Source: an uncultured Gemmatimonadaceae bacterium | GTDB lineage: Bacteria > Gemmatimonadota > Gemmatimonadetes > Gemmatimonadales > Gemmatimonadaceae | Assembly (NCBI GenBank): GCA_963716745.1 | Contig: OY970320.1 | Location: forward strand, 832,001 to 896,000 | Length of the DNA: 64,000 bases | Direction: 5' to 3' | In this document: positions 19,761-30,193 of the stretch, in pieces | Layout of the letters: every line of letters starts with the position of its first letter | Numbering within the stretch: position 1 is the stretch's first letter | The notes under the pieces: generated by a model | The model's input: only the letters and a program-made list of their open reading frames with translations | The model's database searches: none | Told to the model about the DNA's origin: nothing | Position numbers and translations under genes: made by a program

Positions 19761-20680
19761 TCGCGGATCGAGTGGCCGGTGAGCTTGAGGAACACATCCT
19801 CGAGGTTCGGCAGCTCGGTGCGGAATTCACTCACGCGCATCCCGTTGTCGGAGATGCACTGGATCACGTCGGTGACGAGATCGTTGCCCACGCCGCGCAC
19901 GGTGTATTGCGTCTCGCGCACGACCACGGATTCGACGCCCTTCACTCCACGGAAACGCTCGGCGGCGGCCGGATCGCTCGTCGTGAGCACCACCGATCGC
20001 TCGGGGCAGTGACGGTCTACCAGGCGCTGAGGCGTGTCGGCGTCGATGATGCGGCCACGTTCGATGATGGCCACGCGGTCGCAGAGGCGCTCCGCCTCCT
20101 CCATGAGATGCGTCGTGAGGAACACCGTCTTGCCGCGCTCGCGGATGCCGCGCACCAGCGTCCAGATCGCCCGGCGCGCTTGCGGATCGAGTCCGGTGGT
20201 GAGCTCATCGAGGAACACCACCTCGGGATCGTTGATCAGCGCGAGCGCGATGAAGAGCCGCTGTTTCTGGCCGCCGGAGAGCGTCATGAACCACGCTTCG
20301 CGCTTGTCCTCGAGACCGAGCTGTTCGAGCAGCTTCTCGCCCGCGCTCGCGGGCTTGCGGTAGAGCGCGGCCCAGAGATGCACGGCCTCCCACACCTTGA
20401 TGCGCTTCTGCAATTGCGCCTGCTGCAACTGCACGCCCACGCGTTCCTGCAGCGCGTACGCGTCCCGCAGCGGATCGAGGCCGAGCACTTGCACCGTGCC
20501 GCCCTCGAAGCGCCGCAGTCCCTCGACGCATTCCATGGTGGTGGTCTTCCCCGCCCCGTTCGGGCCGATGAGCCCGAAGATCTCGCCGTCGTTGACGGTG
20601 AACGAGACGTCGTTGACGGCGAGGAAACTGCCGTAGCTTTTTCGGAGGGAGGAGACGGCGATGACGGCGGACGACGGCAT
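19757..20680 (-). CDS. ABC transporter ATP-binding protein
   Basis: GPNGAGKTT, LSGGQKQR, FLDELTTGLD and TTHLMEEA motifs. Confidence 0.95.
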   Translation of the reverse strand: MPSSAVIAVSSLRKSYGSFLAVNDVSFTVNDGEIFGLIGPNGAGKTTTMECVEGLRRFEGGTVQVLGLDPLRDAYALQERVGVQLQQAQLQKRIKVWEAVHLWAALYRKPASAGEKLLEQLGLEDKREAWFMTLSGGQKQRLFIALALINDPEVVFLDELTTGLDPQARRAIWTLVRGIRERGKTVFLTTHLMEEAERLCDRVAIIERGRIIDADTPQRLVDRHCPERSVVLTTSDPAAAERFRGVKGVESVVVRETQYTVRGVGNDLVTDVIQCISDNGMRVSEFRTELPNLEDVFLKLTGHSIRD

Positions 20681-20692
20681 TCTCTAAACTAC

Positions 20693-20754
20693 CACGGCGG
20701 ACTGTCGGCTGTCGGCTGTTGCCTGCGACAGTCGACAGTCGACAGTCCGCCGTT
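20693..20754. repeat. Palindromic element family C
   Basis: cacggcggactgtcggctgtcggctgtt...gacagtcgacagtcgacagtccGCCGTT. Confidence 0.9.
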
Positions 20755-20756
20755 CG

Positions 20757-22047
20757 CTACTGTACCGGCAGGTTCCCCGGCGCCGGCGAGAAGACCATTC
20801 CCCACGGCAGAAATAGCGAGTTCGCTGTGCTGCTTATCTTGACTGCGGGCGCTGGCGAGCCGGTCGTCGTCAGCTGCGAGGCGTCGTAGCGAAGGATGGA
20901 CGTTCCCTCGTTCGCGACTACCCACAATGCGCCGCTGTTGTCGAACGCGAGTCCCATGGGGATGTTCAGCACGGAGCCGGTGATGATCACCGCCGGCACC
21001 GGCGCGCCGATCGAGGTGAGATCGCTCGCACGGAACTCGACCAACGAGTCGATGATCGAGGCCACCCACAAGTTCCCGTTCGCATCGAACGCGGCGCCGA
21101 GCGGACCCGTAAGTCCCTGTGATCCCGTGACGGCGGCGAAGGGCGTGGGGCTGCCCGTCGCGGCGATCTGCGCCGGAGTGAATCCGGCAACGGAATTGCC
21201 ATGGTAGTTCACCACCCAGAGATCGCCGAACTTGTCGAAGGCGAGATCCCAGGGACGGTCGATCGAGCCGAGCGCGGCTGAGAGAGTGACCACGGGCGTT
21301 TGCGTGCCGCCAGCGGCGGCCTGCGCGGCGCTGAATTCGAAGATCTTGTTGGATGCCTGGTCGGCGATCCACAGATTGCCGGCGACGTCGATGGCGATCC
21401 CGGTCGGCTCTATGGTCGTCGTGCTGACGATGGACCCGCGTGGCGGTCGGATTGCCAGTGGATGCGAGTTTTGCGGCCGAGAAGTATCGGAGCGTGTCGC
21501 CGCCGCTGGCCGATCCAGATGCCGCCCTTCGCATCGAGCGTGATATCATTGGGATTGGCGACGGTGCTGTCGCTGGTGCCATTGCCCAATGGTATATGGC
21601 CGGCGCCGTAGCGCCGGTAGCCGTGAGCTGAGCCGAACTGAATCCGCTCAGCTTGTTGCCGAGTTGTGACGCGACCCAGAGATGGCCGGCGCTCGCCCAG
21701 GCGCTGCTGTACGTCACGGTCGCGTTCGCCGTCGCGCCCGCGGTGATCGCAGCGGGGCTTCCCGTGACCGCGCCCGCATAGCCGGTGCCGACGATCGGAT
21801 CGGCGGTCGTGCCCGGTCGCGCGTTCACGGTGTAGGTGCCCGTGTCGAGTCCTGAGATCGTTTGCGATGACGTGATCGTCGCGCGGTATCCGTTCGGTCC
21901 GAGTACGGTCACGCGCGCGGAGACTCCGCCGGGCGCCGTGATCGTGATCGCAAGCGAGCCGGTATTGCCGCCGCCCCCGCCGCCCGGGCTCGTGCTGGAG
22001 CTGCACGCCGCCGCCGCGAGGAGGGTTCCGAGGAGGATGTATTTCAT
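20757..22047 (-). CDS. NHL/Vgb-like repeat lipoprotein (several frameshifts near 21430-21600)
   Basis: Lipobox AAAC; repeated 'LAFD..G.LWV' motifs; paralog of 27186-28481. Confidence 0.8.
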
Positions 22048-22090
22048 AGAGGAGCGACGAGTCACTCGGAACGCGGGCAACGCCACACGA

Positions 22091-22175
22091 CAGACCTAGA
22101 CGTTAGACCTAGACGTTAGAAGGCGGACGGCGTGAGAGTCTTCTAACGTCTAGGTCTAGCGTCTAGGTCTGCAGT
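22091..22175. repeat. Palindromic element family D (AGACCT-AGACGTT 13-mers)
   Basis: cagacctagacgttagacctagacgttagaag...cttctaacgtctaggtctagcgtctaggtctg. Confidence 0.9.
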
Positions 22176-22179
22176 ACCC

Positions 22180-23049
22180 TCAGAATCTCACCACGGGGAT
22201 CAGCGCCACATACCAACCACCGTGGAAATCCGTGCCGATGTCGGTCGCGACATCGAGCCACTTCGTCGCGCTGTATTGCGCGCCGGTGCCGTACGTGTAG
22301 CGGTACGCGGGACCCTGGTCCACCACGAACGTGAGTGTGCCGCCGTCGGGATCGGGCACGGTGCCCGTCACGGTGGTGAAGGTGTTCCAATCGGTCGCGA
22401 CGAGCCATGCGCGCAGCGGATGCGAGTTCAACTTCCCGTTCCAGCCGGCTCGAATAGAGGTGATCACTCCGTGGATCTGCTCATTGAATCCTAGGTCGGC
22501 ACGGATGTAATTCCCGTCCACGGTCAGGAAGTATGGACCCCAGCCGCCCGCGAGCGTGGCGCCGAGTCCGAGCACGGTGCCGGTCATCGACGTCGGCACG
22601 TCCATGGTTCGCTGACGCGACATGCCGCCGGGAGTGAGCGGAGGGAGCGCGACGTTTATCGTCGTCTGCGAGGAATTCGAAACGTAGCCGCCGACGCCGT
22701 ACAGATTCAGAAACGGCAGCAGCCAGGCGTCCACTTTCACGTTCACGTTGTTCACCGCGGCGCGTGCGGCGAGCTGCGCGAAATTGCTCACCGATTGCGG
22801 CGGCGCGCCGTTCCGGCCGACGCTCACGTCACTGATCGCGATGTCGCGCGCGAGATAGTAGTACACGAGGCCGGCGCCGAACGGCCGCGGCATCTCAATG
22901 CAGCGCTTGCGCGCTTCTTCGGCCATGAGTGGCAAGAACGACCGTTTCGGCGGCGCTTGCGTCGTGTCGCACGCGGGCGCCGATACGCGTGCACTGGAGT
23001 CGGACTGAGCCGCGCCGAGCGAGGCGCCGAACGCGATCGCGACGAGCAT
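22180..23049 (-). CDS. Putative outer-membrane beta-barrel protein
   Basis: Signal-like N-terminus, 'KVDAWLLPFLNLYG', alternating strands, C-terminal Phe. Start uncertain. Confidence 0.7.
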   Translation of the reverse strand: MLVAIAFGASLGAAQSDSSARVSAPACDTTQAPPKRSFLPLMAEEARKRCIEMPRPFGAGLVYYYLARDIAISDVSVGRNGAPPQSVSNFAQLAARAAVNNVNVKVDAWLLPFLNLYGVGGYVSNSSQTTINVALPPLTPGGMSRQRTMDVPTSMTGTVLGLGATLAGGWGPYFLTVDGNYIRADLGFNEQIHGVITSIRAGWNGKLNSHPLRAWLVATDWNTFTTVTGTVPDPDGGTLTFVVDQGPAYRYTYGTGAQYSATKWLDVATDIGTDFHGGWYVALIPVVRF

Positions 23050-23123
23050 CAATAGTCCGCGGTGTGCCAAGGACCGACCTCCTCGGGTAAGCGCGCTTGC
23101 AATGTGGAAGGTAAGTGGTGCTT

Positions 23124-23146
23124 GCGACAGCCGACAGCCAACAGCC
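23124..23146. repeat. Family C right half
   Basis: gcgacagccgacagccaacagcc. Confidence 0.65.
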
Positions 23147-23169
23147 CGATCTCGCAGTATCGTACTGCC

Positions 23170-24072
23170 ATGCCCGAACTTCCCAATGTCGAGATCTACG
23201 TAGAGGCGCTTCGCGCGCGCATCGTGGGCGGCGCGCTCGAGCAGCTCCGCATCGCGAATCCCTTCGTACTGCGATCGGTCGAGCCTTCTGTTTCGGACGC
23301 GGACGGGCGCATCGTGACCGGCGTCTCGCGAATGGGCAAGCGGATCGTGGTCGCGCTGGAGGGCGAGCGCTACGTCGTCATCCATCTCATGATCGCGGGG
23401 CGGCTGCGCTGGCGGCCGCGGGGCACGAAGGTGCCGAAGAAACGCGGGCTCGCTTCGTTCGAATTCCCGGCCGGGCTCATGCTGTTCACCGAAGAGGGAT
23501 CGCAGCGACGCGCTGCGCTCTGGTACGTGCACGGCGCTGCAGCGCTCGCGTCACATGACCCCGGCGGCATCGAGCCGCTCACCGCCACGCTCGCCGCGTT
23601 CACGGCGGCACTTATGCGCGAACGGCACACGCTCAAACGCACACTCACGGATCCGCATATCTTCGCCGGGATCGGCAACGCGTATTCGGATGAGATCCTG
23701 CACGCCGCGCAGCTGTCGCCGCTCCAGCTGAGCACGAACCTGAAGCCCGCCGAGGTCGTCCGACTCTATCAAGCGACGCAACGCACACTCACGACGTGGA
23801 CCGACCGCCTGCGCGCCGAGCTCGCCGGCGCGTTCCCCGAGAAAGTGACCGCGTTCCGAGAAGGGATGGCCGTGCACGGCCGCTACAAACTCCCCTGCCC
23901 CGTATGCGGCTCGCCGGTGCAGCGCATTCGCTACGCTGAGAACGAGGTGAATTATTGTGCGACGTGTCAGACGGGGGGGCGTGTGCTGGCGGATCGGGGA
24001 TTGTCGCGGCTATTGAAGGAGGATTGGCCGAGATCGTTGGAGGACTGGGAAGAACGGCTGGGAACGGCCTAA
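23170..24072 (+). CDS. Fpg/Nei family DNA glycosylase/AP lyase
   Basis: N-terminal MPELP, H2TH 'AGIGNAYSDEILH', zinc finger CPVC...CATC. Confidence 0.93.
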   Translation: MPELPNVEIYVEALRARIVGGALEQLRIANPFVLRSVEPSVSDADGRIVTGVSRMGKRIVVALEGERYVVIHLMIAGRLRWRPRGTKVPKKRGLASFEFPAGLMLFTEEGSQRRAALWYVHGAAALASHDPGGIEPLTATLAAFTAALMRERHTLKRTLTDPHIFAGIGNAYSDEILHAAQLSPLQLSTNLKPAEVVRLYQATQRTLTTWTDRLRAELAGAFPEKVTAFREGMAVHGRYKLPCPVCGSPVQRIRYAENEVNYCATCQTGGRVLADRGLSRLLKEDWPRSLEDWEERLGTA

Positions 24073-24152
24073 CTGCAGACTGTCGGCTGTCGGCTGTCGC
24101 ATGCCGCGGCCGCGCAGTGTAGGCGACAGCCGACAGTCGACAGCCTGCCGTT
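24071..24152. repeat. Palindromic element family C
   Basis: AACTGCagactgtcggctgtcggctgtcgc...gcgacagccgacagtcgacagcctGCCGTT. The AAC overlaps the fpg TAA. Confidence 0.9.
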
Positions 24153-24171
24153 GACATGATAGATATGACGC

Positions 24172-24642
24172 ATGAAATCACTCCTCCTCGCATTTTCGCT
24201 ATGGGCGGCAACAATGGTCGCTCAGTCGCCCCTCCCCAACGCCTGCGCCACGCTTTCGGCGTCCGACATCGCAACTGTCATGGGCGCCGGGTGGTCGCAG
24301 ACGCCGAGCACGATGGCGACGCACACGAAGGACCTCGAGAGCTGCTCGTATACCAAGGGCGTTGGCCAAATGGTCGCGTTCTCGATCGTGCGCCCTTCGA
24401 ATGGGGACGCGAAGAAAGACGTTGCGGCTCGGCAGAAGAATGTGGCGGTGAAACACAAGGTCACGGCGTTGCCGGACGTGTGCGAGGGTGGATTCTCGTA
24501 TGTGAGCACGGCGACGATCACGACGCTCGTGGCCGCGCAGGGGAAATGGGAGCTGCAGATCAACGTGATCATCGCCAACAAGCCCGACACCGCGTCCGAG
24601 CGGGCGCTGATCGTGGCGGCGTGCGCGCGGATGGGCTCGTGA
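24172..24642 (+). CDS. Secreted hypothetical protein (4 Cys)
   Basis: Signal peptide; 'NACATLSASDIATVMG...ESCSY'. Confidence 0.7.
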   Translation: MKSLLLAFSLWAATMVAQSPLPNACATLSASDIATVMGAGWSQTPSTMATHTKDLESCSYTKGVGQMVAFSIVRPSNGDAKKDVAARQKNVAVKHKVTALPDVCEGGFSYVSTATITTLVAAQGKWELQINVIIANKPDTASERALIVAACARMGS

Positions 24643-25719
24643 AGGCGCGCGCGCTGATCGCCGCGATCATGCTCGCCGGCGTGTCGAGTGTGACCGTGGC
24701 ACAGGCTCCAGCGGCCGCCGTCGGCAAGGAGGGCGATTTCGAGACGGCGGATTTCCATTTCCGCAGTGGCGAAGTGCTGCCGGTCATGCGTTTGCATTAC
24801 ATCACCTTCGGTGCGCCGCGGCGCGACGCGAAGGGCACGGTCATCAATGCGGTGATGATCCTGCACGGCACGACAGGCAGCGGCCGGCAATTCCTGTCGC
24901 CACAGTTCGCCGGCGTGCTGTATGGGCCGGGGCAGCTGCTCGACACGTCGCGCTACTACGTGATCCTCCCCGATGGGATCGGACATGGGAAGTCGAGCAA
25001 GCCGAGCGATGGGCTGCACGCGAAGTTCCCGCACTACGACTACGACGACATGGTGGCGGCGCAGCACTTGCTGCTAGTGAATGGATTGAAGGTGAGCCAC
25101 CTGCGGCTCATCATGGGAACGTCCATGGGGTGCATGCACGCGTGGATGTGGGGCGAGACGTATCCCGATTTCACGGACGCGCTCATGCCGCTCGCGTGCA
25201 ACGTGGTGGCGATCGCGGGGCGCAATCGCGTGGTGCGCGAGATGGCGGTCGAGGCAATCGTGAAGGATCCAGCGTGGAACAACGGCGACTACACGACGCA
25301 GCCACCTGGCCTGGTCGCTGCAGTGGACATGCTGATCCTCATGACGAGCGCGCCGTTGTACTGGCAGAAGCAGTACCCCACGCTCGCGGCCGCCGACTCG
25401 TTCTACGCGCGGAATCTCGCGACGCGTCTCGCGGCGAATGACGCGAACGACTTCGTGTACGCCTTCCAGGCGTCGCGGAACTACGATCCGTCGCCGAACC
25501 TCGAGAAGGTGCGCGTACCCGTGATGCACGTGAACTCGGCGGACGACTTCGTGAATCCACCGGAGCTTGGGACTCATGGAAGTGCTGATCAAGCGCGTGC
25601 CGAAGGGGAAATTCGTGTTGTTGCCCGTGAGCGATGCGACGCGGGGGCATGGGACGCATACGCTGCCGGCGGTTTGGGGGGCTTATCTTGCGGAGCTCAT
25701 GAAGAGCTCTGAGCCGTAA
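24639..25719 (+). CDS. Alpha/beta hydrolase, homoserine O-acetyltransferase (MetX)-like, secreted (frameshift near 25572)
   Basis: HGTTGSG, GTSMG nucleophile elbow, NSADD; the shifted frame gives RGHGTHT...SSEP-TAA. Confidence 0.85.
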
Positions 25720-25825
25720 CTGCAGACTGAGACGTTAGACTTAGACGTTAGACTGCAACTGCGAACTTCGCGCGCCGCGTGTAGTCGCTTTCTAACGTCT
25801 AGGTCTAACGTCTAAGTCTGCAGTC
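25718..25825. repeat. Palindromic element family D
   Basis: AACTGCagactgagacgttagacttagacgttaga...tctaacgtctaggtctaacgtctaagtctGCAGTC. The AAC overlaps TAA. Confidence 0.9.
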
Positions 25826-25843
25826 CCGACTCGAACCCCTGAC

Positions 25844-27082
25844 ATGAGACACAAAATTCGCTGGTCCATTGCGATCGCGGCTGCCCTCACCGCCGCCGCC
25901 GCGTTCTCCTACATCGATTCGCCGCCGCACGTTGTCCTCGCAATCGTTGACGCGACGATCTACGTGTCGCCCGATGCGGCGCCGATCGTGAACGGCACGG
26001 TGGTGGTGCGCGATGGGAAGATCGCCGCGGTGAGCCCGGGGTTGGCGGTGCCCGCGGACGCGCGCATCGTGCCGTGCGATCGCTGCGTGGTGACCGCAGG
26101 ATTCTGGAACTCGCACATCCACTTCACGGAGGCGAAGTGGAACACGCCGCAGTCGGTCTCCGCGGCCACGCTCTCCGCGCAGCTCGCGGACATGCTCACG
26201 AGCCGCGGGTTCACCTCCGTCGTAGACCTGGGCTCCGATCTCAACGTCACGATCCCGCTGCGTCGGCGCATCGCCTCGGGCGAAGTGATCGGGCCCACGA
26301 TCTACACCGCCGGTTCGGGGCTCTTTCCACCGAACGGCATCCCCTACTACCTCGGGAGTCTTCCGGCGGCGGTGCGAAAACAGATCCCACAGCCGGCGAC
26401 ACCGCTCGAGGCGGCCAATGCGGTGCGGGCCAATATCGCCGCGGGCGCCGACGTGACAAAGCTGTTCACCGGCTCGCTGATCGCGCGCGGCACGGTGCTC
26501 CCCATGCCTGACTCGGTCGCGCGCGCGGCGGTCGAAGCCGCGCACGCCGCGCATCAGCTCGTGTTCGCGCACCCGTCCAATCTTGTCGGCACGATGGTCG
26601 CGGTGAACAGTGGCGTGGACATCCTCGCACACGCGCCGAGTGCGCCCCAGGGAGTGGACAGCGCCGTGATCCGCGCGATCCTCGCGCATCACATGGCGAT
26701 GATCCCGACGCTCAAGATGTTCGCGACCACGGTGACCACGGATACGGCGTGGCTCAACCCGATCTACGCCGTGGTGCGCCAGTTCCATGCGATGGGCGGC
26801 GAGTTCCTGTTCGGAACCGATGTGGGCTACATGACCGACTACAGCACCGAGGGAGAATTCAGCGCCCTCGCGACGTCCGGTCTCGATTGGCGCGACATGC
26901 TGCGCATGCTGACCACGGCGCCCGTCGCGCGCTTCGGCCTGTTGGCGTCGCAGGGAACCGTGGAGGTCGGGAAGGATGCCGATCTCGTGGTACTCGATGC
27001 GGATCCGGCGATGAACGTGGCCGCTTTCTCGAAGGTGCGGGTGACGATCCGAAAGGGCGAGATCATCTATCAGCGACCGTAG
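25844..27082 (+). CDS. Amidohydrolase family protein
   Basis: GFWNSHIH, FAHPS, LAHAP, FGTD and GKDADLVVL motifs. Confidence 0.9.
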   Translation: MRHKIRWSIAIAAALTAAAAFSYIDSPPHVVLAIVDATIYVSPDAAPIVNGTVVVRDGKIAAVSPGLAVPADARIVPCDRCVVTAGFWNSHIHFTEAKWNTPQSVSAATLSAQLADMLTSRGFTSVVDLGSDLNVTIPLRRRIASGEVIGPTIYTAGSGLFPPNGIPYYLGSLPAAVRKQIPQPATPLEAANAVRANIAAGADVTKLFTGSLIARGTVLPMPDSVARAAVEAAHAAHQLVFAHPSNLVGTMVAVNSGVDILAHAPSAPQGVDSAVIRAILAHHMAMIPTLKMFATTVTTDTAWLNPIYAVVRQFHAMGGEFLFGTDVGYMTDYSTEGEFSALATSGLDWRDMLRMLTTAPVARFGLLASQGTVEVGKDADLVVLDADPAMNVAAFSKVRVTIRKGEIIYQRP

Positions 27083-27086
27083 CAAC

Positions 27087-27176
27087 AACTGCTCTGACAG
27101 GATGCACATGATTGCCCTGATGAATGCACGGTCGTGCGTTCATCAGGGCAATCATGTGCATCCTGTCAAAGCAGTT
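27087..27176. repeat. Palindromic element family E (9-mer period)
   Basis: AACTGCtctgacaggatgcacatgattgccctgatg...catcagggcaatcatgtgcatcctgtcaaaGCAGTT, a near-perfect stem of about 43 bp. Confidence 0.92.
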
Positions 27177-27185
27177 GTACGGAAA

Positions 27186-28481
27186 CTATTTCACGGGCAG
27201 CGCCGCCGACCCCGGCGAAAAGGCGATCCCCTGTGGCAACGACAGCGACCCCGAATTCGCCGAGATCGTGACAGCCGGCGTCGGGGAGCCCGTCGATGCG
27301 ATCTGATTCGCGTTGTACTTGACGAGATTGTTCCCGAACCAGTTCGATGCCCAAAGGGCGCCGCTGTTGTCGAACGCGAGTGCGACGGGCGCTTTGAGCG
27401 CCGTGCCGGTGATGATCAATGCGGGCACGGGTGAGCCGACGGCGTTGAGGTCGCTGGCGTTGAACTTCGCGATCGTATCATTGAGCGTGGAGATCCAGAG
27501 ATTCCCTTGGGCGTCGAACGCGATCCCGAGGCAGTTGCTCGTTCCCTTGGAACCCGCGATGGCGGCGTACGGCACCGGATCGCCGCCCGCCGCGAGCTGC
27601 GCGGCGGAATAGCCGACGATCGTGCTGTCGCCGAAGTTCACGACCCAGAGATCCCCATGCGCGTCGAAGGCGGCCTGCCACGGCATCGAGATCGTGCCGA
27701 AGATCTTGTTGACGATCACGGCGGGCGTCTGCGCGCCGCCGGCCGCGAGCTGCGAGGGGGTGAACTCGTTGAGCGTGGCGTAGTTCCTGTCCACGACCCA
27801 GAGATCGCCGGCCTGATCGAAGACCGCCGCCTGCGCCGCGAGCAATGCCGAGCTCGTGATCGTGCGAGCCGGCGCAACGTTCGTGCTCGTCGCGATCTGC
27901 GCCGCGGTGTAATACTTGACGGTTTCGCGATCTTCGACGACCCAAATGCCGCCAACGCTGTCGACGGCGACGCCAATGGGCTGCGGCACGGTGCTGGTCG
28001 AGCCGCCGTTGCCCACGATCACGGCCGGCGCGGGCGCGCCGGTGGCAGCGAGGTTCGCCGAGCTGAAGCCGTCGATCGCCTTGCTGACCGGGCTCGCCAC
28101 CCAGAGGATGCCCGAGCTCGCGCGCGGCGACGTGTAGGTCACCGTGGCCGTGGCCGTCGCGCCATCGGTGACCGACGCGGGATTCCCGGTGACCGCGCCG
28201 TTGTATGCCGTGCTCACGATCGGATCGCTCGTAACGCCGGGCCCGGCGCTGATCTTGTACGTACCCACCGGAAGCGCGCTGAGTGTCTGCGTGGAGGAGA
28301 TCGTTTCCGTGGTACTGTCGGGCTTGATAATCGTGACGTTCGGCGTGACGCCGGCCGGTGCGGTGATCGTGATGGTGAGCGAACCGGTGGGGCCGGCGTT
28401 GGTGGAATTGCTGGAATTACAGGCGGCGGCGAACAGGATCACCGCGCCGAGGCGCGGAATCGAACGAGTAGAGAGTGTCAT
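27186..28481 (-). CDS. NHL/Vgb-like repeat lipoprotein
   Basis: Lipobox FAAAC; repeated 'AFD..G.LWV' motifs; intact paralog of 20757-22047. Confidence 0.85.
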   Translation of the reverse strand: MTLSTRSIPRLGAVILFAAACNSSNSTNAGPTGSLTITITAPAGVTPNVTIIKPDSTTETISSTQTLSALPVGTYKISAGPGVTSDPIVSTAYNGAVTGNPASVTDGATATATVTYTSPRASSGILWVASPVSKAIDGFSSANLAATGAPAPAVIVGNGGSTSTVPQPIGVAVDSVGGIWVVEDRETVKYYTAAQIATSTNVAPARTITSSALLAAQAAVFDQAGDLWVVDRNYATLNEFTPSQLAAGGAQTPAVIVNKIFGTISMPWQAAFDAHGDLWVVNFGDSTIVGYSAAQLAAGGDPVPYAAIAGSKGTSNCLGIAFDAQGNLWISTLNDTIAKFNASDLNAVGSPVPALIITGTALKAPVALAFDNSGALWASNWFGNNLVKYNANQIASTGSPTPAVTISANSGSLSLPQGIAFSPGSAALPVK

Positions 28482-28542
28482 GGGCGCGTCCGTCAGAGAT
28501 ACCGGAGCGACGACCCGGGACTGGAGTCAGTCACCGCGGTCC

Positions 28543-28619
28543 ATCTTCTCCGTCATGTGAATCCTGTCCAATGCAGTTCACGGAACGGCATTGGACAGGA
28601 TGCACATGATGGAAAGGAT
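28543..28619. repeat. Family E element in inside-out arrangement
   Basis: catgtgaatcctgtccaatGCAGTT-cacgg-AACGGCattggacaggatgcacatg. Confidence 0.8.
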
Positions 28620-28696
28620 TGAATCTGAAACCGGGGAGCGCTGCGACCGTATAGCATAGTAGTCAGTACTGTTTTCTTTTACGCCGAGGGAACCTC

Positions 28697-30149
28697 ATGC
28701 GTGCCATCCTGGCTGTCATCCTGTTGGCGACCGGAATCATGTCCGGCGCCGCCCAGGATCCCGTCGCGCCGGCGATCCTCGGCGATTGGTACGGTGGCGC
28801 GGGATGGGCCACGGACAGCATCGCCCTCGGACTGCGGTTCAAATACAACGACAAGCACGAGCTCAAGGCGTACCTCTATCAGCCGTCGCTCAATTTCTAC
28901 GGACTCGAATTGCCGGGCGTCGTCGTAGAGGACAGCGGGATGTTCATGCTGCGCGAGTACGCGATCCGGGGCGCGGTGCACGGCGACTCGCTCATCGGCA
29001 CCTTCTTCCCGCTCAGGGCGCCGATGCTCCTGCGGCGCACCCCCGTGTTACCGTCGGAGGCGCCGATCCCGGAGATACCCGCCGGCCCCGGGCCCTTATG
29101 GCGGGTCAAGCTCTATGCCCCCATCTGGGCGCCCGTCGCCGTGCGCGATCATCTCGCCTACGTGGGCACCGAGGGCGGCGTCTTTCACGCCGTGGATCTC
29201 GGCACCCACAACGTCGCATGGACCTTCTCCGCCGGTCGGCCGATCTTCGGCGGGGCGCTCACTACCGACAGCGCCGTGTTCTTCGCGAGCGATAACGGCT
29301 ACCTGTTCAAGCTCGACCGCGCCACGGGTAAAGAGATCTGGCGCTACGACCTCGGCGACGCGCGCGTCTCGCGGATCCTGCCGCACGAGACCGTCTTCGA
29401 CTACGACTACAAATCGCCCGCACCGGTGACTGCCGACGGCGTGATCTTCATCGGCAGCGGCGACAGCAGCTTCCACGCCATCTCAGCGGCGACGGGCAAA
29501 CGCCTTTGGCGCGCGAGCGTGAACGGCAAAGTCCGCAGCACCGCCGTGTTCTACAAGAAGAGCGTGATCGTCGGATCGATGGGCGGCAAAGAGTATTCCT
29601 TCGACCGCGCGACCGGAAAACAGCTCTGGACGAAAGAGACCGGCGCCGAGCTCAACAGCACCCCGGTCGTCATGGGCAACCGTCTCATTCTGGGCAGTCA
29701 CGACGGACTCGTCGCCGCGATCGATGCCGACTCCGCAAAGACGCTCTGGCGCATGTTGTTCTGGGGCTCGGCCATCGAATCCGATCCCGTCGCCGAGGAC
29801 ACGACGTTCGTGATCGGCGCATCGGATCTGCGTCGCGTGAGCCGCATCGACGCGCGCACCGGCAGAGTGTACTGGCGCACCAATGTCTATGGCTGGGCTT
29901 GGGCGCGCCCGTTGGAGACGGCCGACCGGATCTTCCAGAGCGTGGCGAGCGGCACCCCCTATCAGAATGCGCCACGTGGCGAGCTTCACCGCCCTCGACC
30001 GGAAAACGGGCGCGATCATCTGGCGCTGGCCCATGCCCGAATGGCCCGGCGCCTACATGAACGGCTTCGCCGCCGGTGCGGCGCTCGCGGGAGATGAAGT
30101 CGTGGTAGGAGCAGTGGACGGCAGTTTATACGCCTTCCCCGCGCATTGA
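28697..30149 (+). CDS. PQQ-like/BamB-type beta-propeller protein, secreted (frameshift near 29968)
   Basis: Repeated 'ATGK..W' and 'GS.D..F.A' motifs; signal peptide. Confidence 0.85.
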
Positions 30150-30157
30150 ATCGCGTA

Positions 30158-30192
30158 TTCTAAGTCTAAGTCTAACGTCTCAGTCTGTAGTT
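30158..30192. repeat. Family D right half
   Basis: ttctaagtctaagtctaacgtctcagtctGTAGTT. Confidence 0.8.
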
Positions 30193-30193
30193 C

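Noticed and set aside
27087..27176. Simple rho-independent terminators as the full explanation of the hairpins
   Set aside because: Stems are far longer than needed, lack U-tracts, recur as families, and also occur upstream of gene starts. A secondary terminator or RNA-stability role remains possible.
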